Shown here: piece by piece, positions 30,866 through 39,979 of the stretch | Layout of the letters: the number at the start of each line of letters is the position of its first letter | Position numbering within the stretch: the stretch's first letter is position 1 | Source of the DNA: an uncultured Enterobacteriaceae bacterium | GTDB lineage: Bacteria; Myxococcota_A; UBA796; SXON01 | Direction: 5' to 3' | Length of the DNA: 64,000 bases | Assembly: GCA_964457335.1 (NCBI GenBank) | Contig: CAYWGD010000002.1 | Location: 169,460-233,459 of the forward strand | Program-made: the position numbers and the translations under genes | The notes under the pieces: model-generated | The model's input: the letters and a program-made list of their open reading frames with translations, nothing else | The model's database searches: none | What the model was told of the DNA's origin: nothing

Positions 30866-32218
30866 CTACTTCTCGCTCTCCTCGCGCCACTCGGCCTCGC
30901 GCCGGTAGATCGTCCGGGCGGTGATGCCCAGGAGGTTCGCCGCGAGCGCGCGATCACCGTTGCACTGGCGGAGCGTGGCCTCGATCATGCGCCGCTCCAC
31001 GTCGCGCAGCGGCGTGCCCGGCGCGAAGGTGAGGCGCTCGGGCTCGCTCGCGGTGGTCGCGGCGGCGCGCACGGCCGGCGGGAGATCGACGAGCCGCACG
31101 ACGTCTTCGCGCGCGAGGATCGTGGCGCGCTCCAGCGCGTTCTCGAGCTCGCGGACGTTGCCGGGCCAACCATAGCGCTCGAGCGCGGAGAGGGCGTCCG
31201 GCTCGATGCCGCGGAGCGGCTTGCCGTTCCGGGCCGCGTGGACGGACGCGAAGTGGCGGGCCAGGAGCGCGACGTCCGCCCGGCGCTCCCGCAGCGCGGG
31301 CACATGCAGCCGGATCACGTTGAGGCGGTAGTAGAGGTCCTGGCGGAGCCGCCCCTCGGCGACGGCCTGCTCGGGATCGCGGTTGGTGGCGGCGAGCACC
31401 CGCGCCTCGGCGCGGATCGTCTTCGTGCCGCCGAGGCGCTCGTACTCGCCCTCCTGGAGCACCCGCAGGAGCTTCACCTGGAGGGGGAGCGGCATCTCGG
31501 TGACCTCGTCCAAAAACAGGGTCCCGTTGGCCGCGAGGTCGAAGCGTCCCTCCTTGCGCCCGTGCGCGCCGGTGAAGGCGCCGGACTCGTAGCCGAAGAG
31601 CTCGCTCTCCAGGAGCGCCTCGGGGAGCGCTCCGCAGTTCACGGTCACGAGGCGCCCGGCGCGGCCGCTCATCGTGTGGATCCACCGGGCGAGGAGCCCC
31701 TTGCCGGTGCCGGACTCGCCGGTCAGCAGCACCGACGCCATCGACGAGGCCACCTGCCGGGCCTCCTCCATCAAGGCGCGCAGCGGACCGGACTGGCCGA
31801 CGAGCTCGCCGGGGGAGGCCTGCGCGATCTGCTGCTTGAGCTGCAGGTTCTCACGGAGAAGGTCGCGCTTCTCCAGCGCCTTGCGCACCGAGGCGATGAC
31901 CTCCGTGCGCCGGAGCGGCTTCGTGACGAAGTCGTAGGCGCCCTCCTTCATCGCCTCGACGGCGCTCTCGACGGTGCCGTAGGCCGTCACCAGGATGACC
32001 TGCACCTCCGGCGCGATCTGCCGCGTGGCGCGCAGGAGCTCGAGCCCGCCCATCCCGGGCATCTTGAGGTCGCTCACGACCACGCCGACGTCGCCCTCGC
32101 GGAGGATCTCGAGGCCCTGTCGGCCGTCGGCCGCGACGCGCACGGGCCACCCCTCGCGCGCGAAGATCCGCTCCAGGGCCAGCCGGTTGGACTCTTCGTC
32201 GTCGATGACCAGGATCAT
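30866..32218 (-). CDS. Sigma-54-dependent response regulator (NtrC family)
   Basis: Receiver domain (ILVIDDEE...VVSDLKMPGM), AAA+ domain (GESGTGKG, GAFTGA, ...LFLDEV), and a C-terminal Fis-type HTH. Confidence 0.93.
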   Translation of the reverse strand: MILVIDDEESNRLALERIFAREGWPVRVAADGRQGLEILREGDVGVVVSDLKMPGMGGLELLRATRQIAPEVQVILVTAYGTVESAVEAMKEGAYDFVTKPLRRTEVIASVRKALEKRDLLRENLQLKQQIAQASPGELVGQSGPLRALMEEARQVASSMASVLLTGESGTGKGLLARWIHTMSGRAGRLVTVNCGALPEALLESELFGYESGAFTGAHGRKEGRFDLAANGTLFLDEVTEMPLPLQVKLLRVLQEGEYERLGGTKTIRAEARVLAATNRDPEQAVAEGRLRQDLYYRLNVIRLHVPALRERRADVALLARHFASVHAARNGKPLRGIEPDALSALERYGWPGNVRELENALERATILAREDVVRLVDLPPAVRAAATTASEPERLTFAPGTPLRDVERRMIEATLRQCNGDRALAANLLGITARTIYRREAEWREESEK

Positions 32219-33903
32219 GGGACAACCTGTCTCGGCTGGGACAGGTTGTCGAGCGGCAGCCGGATGCGGAAGCGGGTGCCGGCGCCGGGCGTGCTCGCGC
32301 AGGTGATGGTGGCGCCGATGTCCTCGAGCGATTGCCTCGCGATCGCCAGGCCGAGGCCCGTCCCCCGCGCGCGCGTCGAGTAGAACGGCTCGAAGACGCG
32401 CTCCGCGACGGCGGGCTCCATGCCCGGGCCGTCGTCCACCACCACGAGCTCCACGGCGTCACCGACGTGCTCCACGATCACGCGGACCCGGTGCGCGCCG
32501 GCCTCGGCCGCGTTGCGGAGGAGGTTCAGGAGCGCGCGGCGCACGGTGTCACCGTCGGTCTCCACCAGGGGGACCGGGCCACCCACGACCTCGGCGCGGA
32601 CCCCGGCCCGGCGCAACGCCTCCTCTTCGAGCGCGACGACGCCCCGAGCGAGGGCCACCGCGTCCTCAGGGGCGGTCTCGGGCAGCCGGCGTCGCGCCAG
32701 GTCGAGGTAGCGCTCGGTCACGCCCTCCAGCCGGCGGATCTCGGCGACGATCGTGGCGAGGAGCGCGCGCGCCTCGTCGTCGATCGCGACCTCGGCGAGC
32801 AGCTCGGCGTGCAGGGAGATGGCGTTCAGCGGGTTCCGCACCTCGTGGGTGACCTGCGCGAGCATCTGCCCGACGAGCGCGAGGCGCTCGCTGCGGGCGA
32901 GCCGCTCCCGGTCGCGCTGGCGCTCCGTCACGTCCTCCCCGACGAGGATGGTCCCGCGCTCGCCGAAGGGGCGCACGACCACGTCCTGGAGGCGATCGTC
33001 GGCGCGCAGGTTCTCGTGCCGGCCCTCGCCGAGGGCGGCGAGCGGCGCAGGGAGCGGCGTGCCCTCCTCGAGCCGCCACAGCGCCCGGGCCGCCGGGTTC
33101 GTCATCCGCACCACCTCGCTCTCCGTGACGGCGACGGCGGCGCCGATGTGGTCGAGCACCCGCCGCAGGTAGAGCGAGAGCGCGTTGAGGTTCCGGTCCC
33201 GCTCGTCCACGGCGCGCACCATCTGGTCGAAGGCGCCGGCGAGCGTGTCGATCTCCTCGATCGTCGCGGTCGGGAGCGGGCGGGGGCGCTGCCCGGCGGC
33301 CACCTGGCGCACCTGCTCGGTGAGCGCGGAGATGGGGCGGAGCGCGGTGCCCGTGAGCCAGAGCAACACCCCACCGAGCAGCGCGGCGAAGCCGAGGAGC
33401 GCGCCGGAGACGCGCAGCGCGCGGGTCTGGGCGGAGGCGGCCTTCTCGCTGACCGCCGCGATGCGCCCTTCCACGAGGGTCGTGAGCTGGAGGATCTCGT
33501 TGCGCAGGGCGGTCCGGGCGGCGGTCTGGGTCTCGGAGCCAGCGGCAGCGCGCCAGTCGCGCACCGCGACCTCGACGTCGTCCAACTGACGGGCGGCGGC
33601 CTTGAGCGCGGCGCGCTCCTCACCGTCGGGGCGCAGGCCCCCGTTGGCCGCGACGATCGCCCGCGCTTCGGTGAGCGCGTCGTCGAGCGAGCCGGTGCCC
33701 GCGCGCTCGCGCTCCACCAGCCCGATCATCCGCGCGGATTCGTTTGCGAGCGGCAGGTACACCCGGTCGACGAGCTCCAACGACGCGCCGATGCGGGCGA
33801 GCTGGGCCTGGTTGTAGGCCATCGCGGCGAGGAAGCTCAACACGCCGAGGCCCAGGCCACCGAGCAGCCTGCCGCGCAAGGTACGGAGCCAACGGATCGC
33901 CAC
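32215..33903 (-). CDS. Sensor histidine kinase (TM-HAMP-PAS-like-HisKA-HATPase)
   Basis: H-box AQVTHEVRNPLNAI, N-box LLNLLRNAAEA, G-boxes VVDDGPGM and GTGLGLAIA. 4-nt overlap with the downstream regulator gene. Confidence 0.9.
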   Translation of the reverse strand: MAIRWLRTLRGRLLGGLGLGVLSFLAAMAYNQAQLARIGASLELVDRVYLPLANESARMIGLVERERAGTGSLDDALTEARAIVAANGGLRPDGEERAALKAAARQLDDVEVAVRDWRAAAGSETQTAARTALRNEILQLTTLVEGRIAAVSEKAASAQTRALRVSGALLGFAALLGGVLLWLTGTALRPISALTEQVRQVAAGQRPRPLPTATIEEIDTLAGAFDQMVRAVDERDRNLNALSLYLRRVLDHIGAAVAVTESEVVRMTNPAARALWRLEEGTPLPAPLAALGEGRHENLRADDRLQDVVVRPFGERGTILVGEDVTERQRDRERLARSERLALVGQMLAQVTHEVRNPLNAISLHAELLAEVAIDDEARALLATIVAEIRRLEGVTERYLDLARRRLPETAPEDAVALARGVVALEEEALRRAGVRAEVVGGPVPLVETDGDTVRRALLNLLRNAAEAGAHRVRVIVEHVGDAVELVVVDDGPGMEPAVAERVFEPFYSTRARGTGLGLAIARQSLEDIGATITCASTPGAGTRFRIRLPLDNLSQPRQVVP

Positions 33904-34046
33904 CTGTCACCCTTCGTGCTCCCCGGCTAACGTGAGGCCGGTTCGACCGACGTGTCGCGCGGTGTCACGGGCCTCAGCGGCTCGGTTGCCGGGTAGGCGG
34001 TTTGTGATACACAGCGGCGTTCGCTGGCCCTGTGCTGGAGGAAAGG

Positions 34047-35129
34047 ATGATTTCGATGCGGTCCGTGCTGCTCTCCCTCTGTCTCCTCGGTGTCGCTGCG
34101 TGCGATGGCGGCAACGCGGGCGGCGCCAACGCCCCGGCTGGCCAGGAGGCGAAGGCGGACCTGGGTGAGACCCTGGCGACCGTCAATGGCGTCGTCGTCG
34201 GCAGCAAGGAGTTCGAGCAGGCCGCGGCGCGCAAGGCGCCGGCGAGCGGCGATTCGCTCTCCGCCGAGGAGAAGAAGGAGGTCCTCGACTCCCTGGTCGA
34301 GGAGAAGCTCCTCTACGCCGAGGCGCTCCGCAAGGGCCTCGACAAGGACCCCAAGGTCCAGAAGGTGATGGTCAACACGCTCCTGCGCGAGGACGTGTAC
34401 AGCACCGTCAAGAACAGCGACTTCACCGACGAGATGCTCCAGGCCTACTACGAGGAGCACAAGAGCGAGTTCGTCGTCCCCGAGAAGGTCCAGATCAAGC
34501 GGATCCTCATCAAGGTGACGGACGCCCGCCCCGACGACGCGGCCAAGCAGGAGGCCGAGCGCATCCGTGGCGAGGTCTCCAAGTCCCCGGACAGCTTCAA
34601 GGACCTCGCGGCCAAGTACTCCGAGGATCCGTACAAGCGCCGCGGTGGCGACGTGGGCTTCGTCTCCAAGGACGGGAAGCCCGGCCTCGATCCGGCGATC
34701 GTGGACAAGGCGTTCACGCTCGAGACGGGCGCGGTGTCCGAGGTCTTCAAGACCGCCGACGGCTACAACGTCGTCCAGGTCGCGGCCCGGCGTGAGCAGG
34801 TCGAGCGCACCTTCCAGCAGATGAAGGGCTCGGTCCTCCGCAAGGTCAAGAACGACAAGATGAAGGAGCTCTACGACGGCTACGTCGCCAAGCTCAAGCA
34901 GGGCGCCGACATCAAGGTCGACGACGCCAAGCTCGCGGCCGTCGAGATCAAGAACAGCCGCCGTCCGTTCACCCCCGGTGGCCTCCCCGGCGCCGAGGGC
35001 GGCGAGGAAGGCGAAGAGGCCGCTGCTGCGCTCGGGGCCGGCGAGGCTGAGGAGGAAGGTGGCGCGGCTCCGGGCGGCGCGGCCGCTCCGGCCGGAGCCG
35101 GCAACGCCCCCGCCGTGGCGCCCAAGTAG
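34047..35129 (+). CDS. Parvulin-type peptidyl-prolyl isomerase lipoprotein (PrsA/SurA-like)
   Basis: GGAGG precedes ATG 34047; the track ORF starts at GTG 34032. Lipobox LLGVAAC. Parvulin core FKDLAAKYSEDPYKRRGGDVGFV...GYNVVQV. The tail is Gly/Ala/Glu-rich. Confidence 0.8.
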   Translation: MISMRSVLLSLCLLGVAACDGGNAGGANAPAGQEAKADLGETLATVNGVVVGSKEFEQAAARKAPASGDSLSAEEKKEVLDSLVEEKLLYAEALRKGLDKDPKVQKVMVNTLLREDVYSTVKNSDFTDEMLQAYYEEHKSEFVVPEKVQIKRILIKVTDARPDDAAKQEAERIRGEVSKSPDSFKDLAAKYSEDPYKRRGGDVGFVSKDGKPGLDPAIVDKAFTLETGAVSEVFKTADGYNVVQVAARREQVERTFQQMKGSVLRKVKNDKMKELYDGYVAKLKQGADIKVDDAKLAAVEIKNSRRPFTPGGLPGAEGGEEGEEAAAALGAGEAEEEGGAAPGGAAAPAGAGNAPAVAPK

Positions 35130-35135
35130 GCACGA

Positions 35136-36221
35136 GTGCAGCTCCTCGGTGTGATCCTGGCGCTCCAGGCGGCGGTCGCGGCGACCGAGCCCGCCGCCGG
35201 ATCGCCCCCGCCCGCCGCTGCGGAGCCCGCGCCGGCTCCGCCGGCTGAGGCGCCGGCCCCACCGACCGACAGCGCCACCCCGCCTGCCGCCCCCGTGGCG
35301 GGAGGGGTGGTGGTCGACCGTGTGGCGGCCGTGGTCAACGAGGACATCATCACGCTGAGCGAGGTCTACGCCTTCGGCGGCACCTACATCGAGCAGGTGG
35401 TCGCGGCCCAGGGGCCGGACGCCCGCGGGGCCGCCGAGGGACAGGTGATCGAGCGGCTCCTCGAGCGGCGGCTCGTCGAGCAGGAGATGCGGTCGCTCAA
35501 GCTCGACCTGACCGAGCAGGAGATCGATCGCTCGATCGCCGAGATCGCGGAGCGCAACGGCCTCGACGTCGAGGGCCTGCGCCGCGAGATCGAGAAGAGC
35601 GGCATGCGCTGGGACCAGTACCGCTCCGAGATGCGGGAGAGCCTGCGCGACATGAAGTTCGCCCAGTCGGTCCTGCGGCCGCGGGTCAACATCACCCCGG
35701 ACGAGCTGCGGGACGCCTGGCTTCGGGCCTCGCCCGCGGCCGCGGCCGCCGCGCGCGTCCAGGCGCTCGTGCTCTCCATCCCCCCCGGGGCGACCGACGC
35801 CGAGCGCGAGGCGGTGCTCGCCCGGGCGCGTGAGCTGCGCGAGAAGGCCAACGCCGGGGCCGACTTCGCGGAGCTGTCCAAGGAGCACGACCAGGGGCCC
35901 TTCGGCGCGCAGAACGGCGAGATGGGCACCTTCAAGCCCGGTGAGCTGGTCGACCAGCTCGACGCCGTCGTGGTCGGCACCCCGGTCGGCGAGGTGGCCG
36001 AGCCCATCGTGATCGGGGACGGCGTGTACCTCCTCCGCGTCGCGGAGCGCATCGCGGCGGCGAACGACTTCGAATCGCGGAAGGACGAGCTCGCCGAGCA
36101 GGTGTTCCAATCCCGCCTCGAGGAGGAGAAGGAGCGCTGGTTCCAGGAGGCGCGTCGCCGTGCGGCGATCCGCGTCGTCCTGCCGGGCGTGCCGCCCACC
36201 GGGACTTCAGCGGCCCGATGA
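35136..36221 (+). CDS. surA: SurA-like periplasmic chaperone/PPIase
   Basis: GTG start. SurA N-domain-like VDRVAAVVNEDIITLSEV. Parvulin domain FAELSKEHDQGPFGAQNGEMGTF...GVYLLRV. It sits immediately upstream of pdxA, as in the E. coli surA-pdxA arrangement. Confidence 0.78.
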   Translation: MQLLGVILALQAAVAATEPAAGSPPPAAAEPAPAPPAEAPAPPTDSATPPAAPVAGGVVVDRVAAVVNEDIITLSEVYAFGGTYIEQVVAAQGPDARGAAEGQVIERLLERRLVEQEMRSLKLDLTEQEIDRSIAEIAERNGLDVEGLRREIEKSGMRWDQYRSEMRESLRDMKFAQSVLRPRVNITPDELRDAWLRASPAAAAAARVQALVLSIPPGATDAEREAVLARARELREKANAGADFAELSKEHDQGPFGAQNGEMGTFKPGELVDQLDAVVVGTPVGEVAEPIVIGDGVYLLRVAERIAAANDFESRKDELAEQVFQSRLEEEKERWFQEARRRAAIRVVLPGVPPTGTSAAR

Positions 36222-37123
36222 GACGACCGCCGCTGGTGGTCACCCCGGGGGACCCGCTCGGGATCGGGCCCGAGGTCGCGGTCCGGGCGCTGCGTGGGAC
36301 CTTTGAGGACGCCGTCCTCCTCGGGGACGTGGACGCGCTCCGCCGTCACGCGCCCGAGCTCGTGGTCGTGGATCGCATCGAGCCGGGCGAGGGCCTGCGC
36401 GCGTTGGAGCTGGCCGCGGGCGACGAGCCGGTCGAGGTGCGCGCGATCCGGGCCGGGGTCGCCGCCTGCCTGGCCGGGAGCGCCCGCGCCCTGGTGACCG
36501 GGCCGATCCACAAGGCCCGCCTCGCGGCGCGGGGCTTCCCGTACCCCGGCCACACCGAGTTCCTCGGCGCCTTGTGCGGCGTGGACGACCCGGTGATGGC
36601 CTTCGTCGGCGGGGAGGTGCGCGTGGCGCTGGTCACGGTCCACCTGCCCCTTCGGGACGTCGCCGCCGCCGTGACGGTCGAGCGCGTCCTCCACACGGTG
36701 CGGACGTCCGCCCGCGCGTTGCGCGAGCAGCTCGGGATCGCGACGCCGCGGCTCGCCGTCTGTGGCCTCAACCCCCACGCCGGGGATGCGGGCCTCCTCG
36801 GTCGGGAGGAGATCGAGGTCATCGGCCCCGCGTGCGAGGCGGCGCGGGCGGAGGGGATCGCGGTCTGGGGGCCGGTGAGCGCCGAGACGGCGTTCTGCGA
36901 GGTCGAACGCGCGGACCTGATCGTCGCGATGTACCACGACCAGGGGCTCGCCCCGCTGAAGCGCGGGGACTTCGGGCGCTCGGTCAACTGGACCCTCGGA
37001 CTCCCCATCGTCCGAACCAGCGTGGACCACGGCACCGCGGACGCGCTCGTGGGAACCGGGCGGGCGAGCCCTGCGAGCATGGAGGCGGCGATCCGCCTCG
37101 CGACGCAGCTCACGGGCGGCTAA
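36218..37123 (+). CDS. pdxA: 4-hydroxythreonine-4-phosphate dehydrogenase
   Basis: ATGA overlap with surA. Motifs GPIHKA, GHTEFL, NPHAGD, YHDQGL, SVDHGTA. Confidence 0.92.
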   Translation: MRRPPLVVTPGDPLGIGPEVAVRALRGTFEDAVLLGDVDALRRHAPELVVVDRIEPGEGLRALELAAGDEPVEVRAIRAGVAACLAGSARALVTGPIHKARLAARGFPYPGHTEFLGALCGVDDPVMAFVGGEVRVALVTVHLPLRDVAAAVTVERVLHTVRTSARALREQLGIATPRLAVCGLNPHAGDAGLLGREEIEVIGPACEAARAEGIAVWGPVSAETAFCEVERADLIVAMYHDQGLAPLKRGDFGRSVNWTLGLPIVRTSVDHGTADALVGTGRASPASMEAAIRLATQLTGG

Positions 37124-37159
37124 GAAGAAACTCGTCGTCAGCACGGTGACGCTCGCGCC

Positions 37160-38185
37160 TCAGGCGACCTCCCGAAGGTCAACCTCGTAGCCGAGTTCCT
37201 GGAGCCGTCGCACCAACCGCGCGGTCGTCTTCCCCTTCTGCTGCGTGTCGAAGAAGTCTCCGCCAAGCTCCCGGTACTCCACGTCGTCTCTGAGCATGTA
37301 GTAGACGGCGGTGAGGATGGACGCCGCGACCGCGCAGATGGCCTTCATCGGGCCGCGTCGGCTCTTGAGGCGGAGGAACTTCGCTCGCAGGTAGGTGCCG
37401 TTCGAGCGGGATGCCGCCCACGCCGTCTGGACGAGGACGGTCTTCAGCTCGGAGACGATGACCTGAGCTGCGGTGTCGCTGATTCCCGGGATGCTCGTCA
37501 GGAGGCTGGCCTTGGCGCGAAAGGGTTCGAGGACGGACCCCACCTCCTGTTCCACCGAGGCGATGGCGGCGTCGAGTCCGTCGATCTGGCCCAGGTGGAG
37601 CCGGATCATGAAGCGGTGGTGGGCGGTAACGTAGCCCTGGAGCGCGGCGAGGATGGTCTCCCGCTTCGCCTTCAGGCGATTCCCCGCACGGCGGAGAAGC
37701 TCCTCGGGGCTCGTCTCGTCCTCCACGAGCGCATTCCAGGATGCACCTGCCGGTGAGACCCGTGATGTCGCTCGCGACGGAAGCCAGCTTGATGTTCGCG
37801 TCTTCGAGCACCTTCTGCACACGCTGGACGTGCTGCCCCTCTCGCGGACGAGCTGCTTCCGCGTCCGCGTGAGCGTGCGCATCTCCTGGATGGGCCGTTC
37901 CGGCACGAAGCTCGGCCGGATGAGCCCGTGAGCGAGCAGGTCGGAGATCCAGGTCGCGTCGGCGATGTCCGTCTTCCGACCGGGCAGGGCACGTTGCGGA
38001 TGTGCATCGCGTTGGCGAGGACGAGCGTGAAGTCCTCCTCGAGCACGTGCCAGACCGGGCGCCAGTAGACTCCGGTTGCCTCCATCGCCACGTGCGTGCA
38101 CTCGTTCTCTGCGAGCCAGTCGGACAGCGCGAGGAGATCCCAGCCTACGCCGTTTCCTCCGATGGAGTGCGGGAAGCGGATGCGG
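37160..38185 (-). pseudogene. Decayed IS110-family transposase (5'-truncated, at least 3 frameshifts, internal deletion)
   Basis: IS110-like sequence is spread over three minus frames (track ORFs 37672..38091, 37160..38101, 37179..37820). The pieces are ...LSDWLAENECTHVAMEATGVYW...HIRNVP / GRKTDIADATWISDLLAHGL... / QKVLEDANIKLASVASDITG... / ...TSIPGISDTAAQVIVSEL|KTVLVQTAWAASRS.... The N-terminal catalytic part is absent. Confidence 0.8.
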
Positions 38186-38191
38186 AACTGA

Positions 38192-38695
38192 CTACTCGTC
38201 GAGCACGGCCTCGCAGCTCACGCCCGCGTCCCACTCCGCCCACCGCTCGGGGGACTCGCCGAACGCCCGACAGTCCGCCTCCCCGCTCCCGTCGCGCTTC
38301 CAGACCCGCAGGATGCCCGTGAGCGCGGCCTCGCCGCAGTTGAACGCGGTGGAGCTCCCGAGCGTCACGTCGCGCCAGTCGGGGACCACCGAGAGCTCGA
38401 GCGCGAGCTCGTCGCGCGTGCCGTCGGCCGCCGCGCTCGTGGAGTACATCGTGTGCTTCTCGACGTACTCGCCGTCGACCGAGAGCACGACCTGGCCGTT
38501 CCCGGTCCAGGCGTCCGTCGTCACGGAGAAGCTCCAGCGGGCCTCGCCGGACTCACAGGTCGCCGTCGCCTCGGTGATCGCGGGGACGGCGTCCGGGATC
38601 TCAGTGGCCGAGTCGTCGCCCGTACCGGAGCAGCTGACCAAAACGAACACGGCGCAGACCCGGACGAGCCGAGCCTGCGCCGCGATGTGGGTCAC
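38192..38695 (-). CDS. Small secreted lipoprotein, divergent member of a local 3-gene paralog family
   Basis: GTG 38695 gives ...VCAVFVLVSC (lipobox). The C-terminal DCRAFGESPERWAEWDAGVSC parallels DCRVTGHDPDYYSDWC and DCAVYGDDPSYYSESC in the two neighbours. Start is tentative. Confidence 0.6.
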   Translation of the reverse strand: MTHIAAQARLVRVCAVFVLVSCSGTGDDSATEIPDAVPAITEATATCESGEARWSFSVTTDAWTGNGQVVLSVDGEYVEKHTMYSTSAAADGTRDELALELSVVPDWRDVTLGSSTAFNCGEAALTGILRVWKRDGSGEADCRAFGESPERWAEWDAGVSCEAVLDE

Positions 38696-38705
38696 GCCCG
38701 TCGTC

Positions 38706-39245
38706 TCAGTTGACGACGTTCGTGCACCAGTCGGAGTAGTAGTCGGGATCGTGGCCGGTGACCCGGCAGTCGAAGGCGGAACCATCGGCGCTCTCCGCAC
38801 CGAAGTACCACGTCGTCCGGTTGAGGACGCCACCGTCGCCGACGCTCGGGTTGAAGAGGGTGGTCTGGTTCACCACCACGTCGTCGATGTCGGTCACCCA
38901 GTCGAGATCGATGCGGTAGGTGAGCGAGCCGTCGTCGTTCGTGGACTCGAGGGTGAAGCCGTCGTGGGCCTCGTGGTAGAGGAACGAGTCGCCGGTCTCG
39001 GTCATGTCGAGCTCGAGGACGCCGGCGTCGGTCGTCGTCGTGATCCGGTAGATGCAGAGGTTGTCGGCGCACGACCCCTCGAAGCCGTTGCCGTCGTGGC
39101 CGGTCATCGCGAAGTCGACGTCGGTGTCCGTGTCGGTGTCCGTGTCGGCGTCGGTGTCACCGCCGGTCTCGCCCGTGTCCTTGTCGGTGGACGTGCAGCC
39201 GGCGAACAGGGCGAGAAGGCCCGTGGCGAACAGGTACTTGGTCAT
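38706..39245 (-). CDS. Small secreted lipoprotein (paralog family), with (Asp-Thr)n linker
   Basis: ATG 39245 gives MTKYLFATGLLALFAGC (lipobox). It then has GDTDADTDTDTDTDVD and a Cys-containing beta-rich domain. Confidence 0.72.
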   Translation of the reverse strand: MTKYLFATGLLALFAGCTSTDKDTGETGGDTDADTDTDTDTDVDFAMTGHDGNGFEGSCADNLCIYRITTTTDAGVLELDMTETGDSFLYHEAHDGFTLESTNDDGSLTYRIDLDWVTDIDDVVVNQTTLFNPSVGDGGVLNRTTWYFGAESADGSAFDCRVTGHDPDYYSDWCTNVVN

Positions 39246-39346
39246 AGTCTCCTCCTGGGGAACAGCGGGCTCCTTGTACACCAGGCAGGCGTACGCCGCA
39301 ACCGCCGAGCTGGCGATTCAGCGCGCCTGCCCGCGCGATCGTAGAG

Positions 39347-39895
39347 CTACCAGTTGTTGGCGTTGTTGGTGCAGGACTCGCTGTAGTAGCTGGGGTCGTC
39401 GCCGTACACCGCGCAGTCCAGGTAGTCCCCGGCCGTGTCGTAGACCGTGAACATGACGGTGAGCTGGTTGGAGATCGTCGAGTCGGACACGTCGAAGAGC
39501 GTCGACTCGTTGTTCACCTGGTTCTCGAAGTTGTCCACGAGCGTGAGGTTGATCGACTTCTCCTCGAACGCAGCCTCGCCCGGGTCGTTGAAGTCGCTGG
39601 TGCGGAAGTCGTTGTGGAACTCGGACCACACGCCGCACTCGAGGCCCTTGGTCGAGGTGGGGCCGCACTCGAAGGAGGGGTCGCCCGTCTCGATGAGGTC
39701 GAGCTCGACCTGGCCGAACTCACCGTTCACCTGGACCCACCAGTTGCAGGTTCCCCCGCTGCACGTCCCGTCCATCGACTGGATGAGGAGGTCTTCGGAG
39801 CTGCCACAGGCGGAGTCGCCCGTGTCGCACTTGTTGCCGCCGGCGCAACCGGAGAGGGTGAGCGCCGCGGCGGCGAGGAGCAGGAGTGGCTTCAT
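39347..39895 (-). CDS. Small secreted lipoprotein (paralog family)
   Basis: ATG 39895 gives MKPLLLLAAAALTLSGC (lipobox). It shares ...VELDLIETGDP..., ...ESTLFDVSD... and ...DCAVYGDDPSYYSESC with the 38706..39245 product. Confidence 0.72.
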   Translation of the reverse strand: MKPLLLLAAAALTLSGCAGGNKCDTGDSACGSSEDLLIQSMDGTCSGGTCNWWVQVNGEFGQVELDLIETGDPSFECGPTSTKGLECGVWSEFHNDFRTSDFNDPGEAAFEEKSINLTLVDNFENQVNNESTLFDVSDSTISNQLTVMFTVYDTAGDYLDCAVYGDDPSYYSESCTNNANNW

Positions 39896-39979
39896 GCGTC
39901 CGTCCATTGCATGGGTTCTGTGGAGCAACGTCTCTCCCGGTAGGGAGTGCGTGCACCTTAGCCCTGCGGAGGACGAGCT

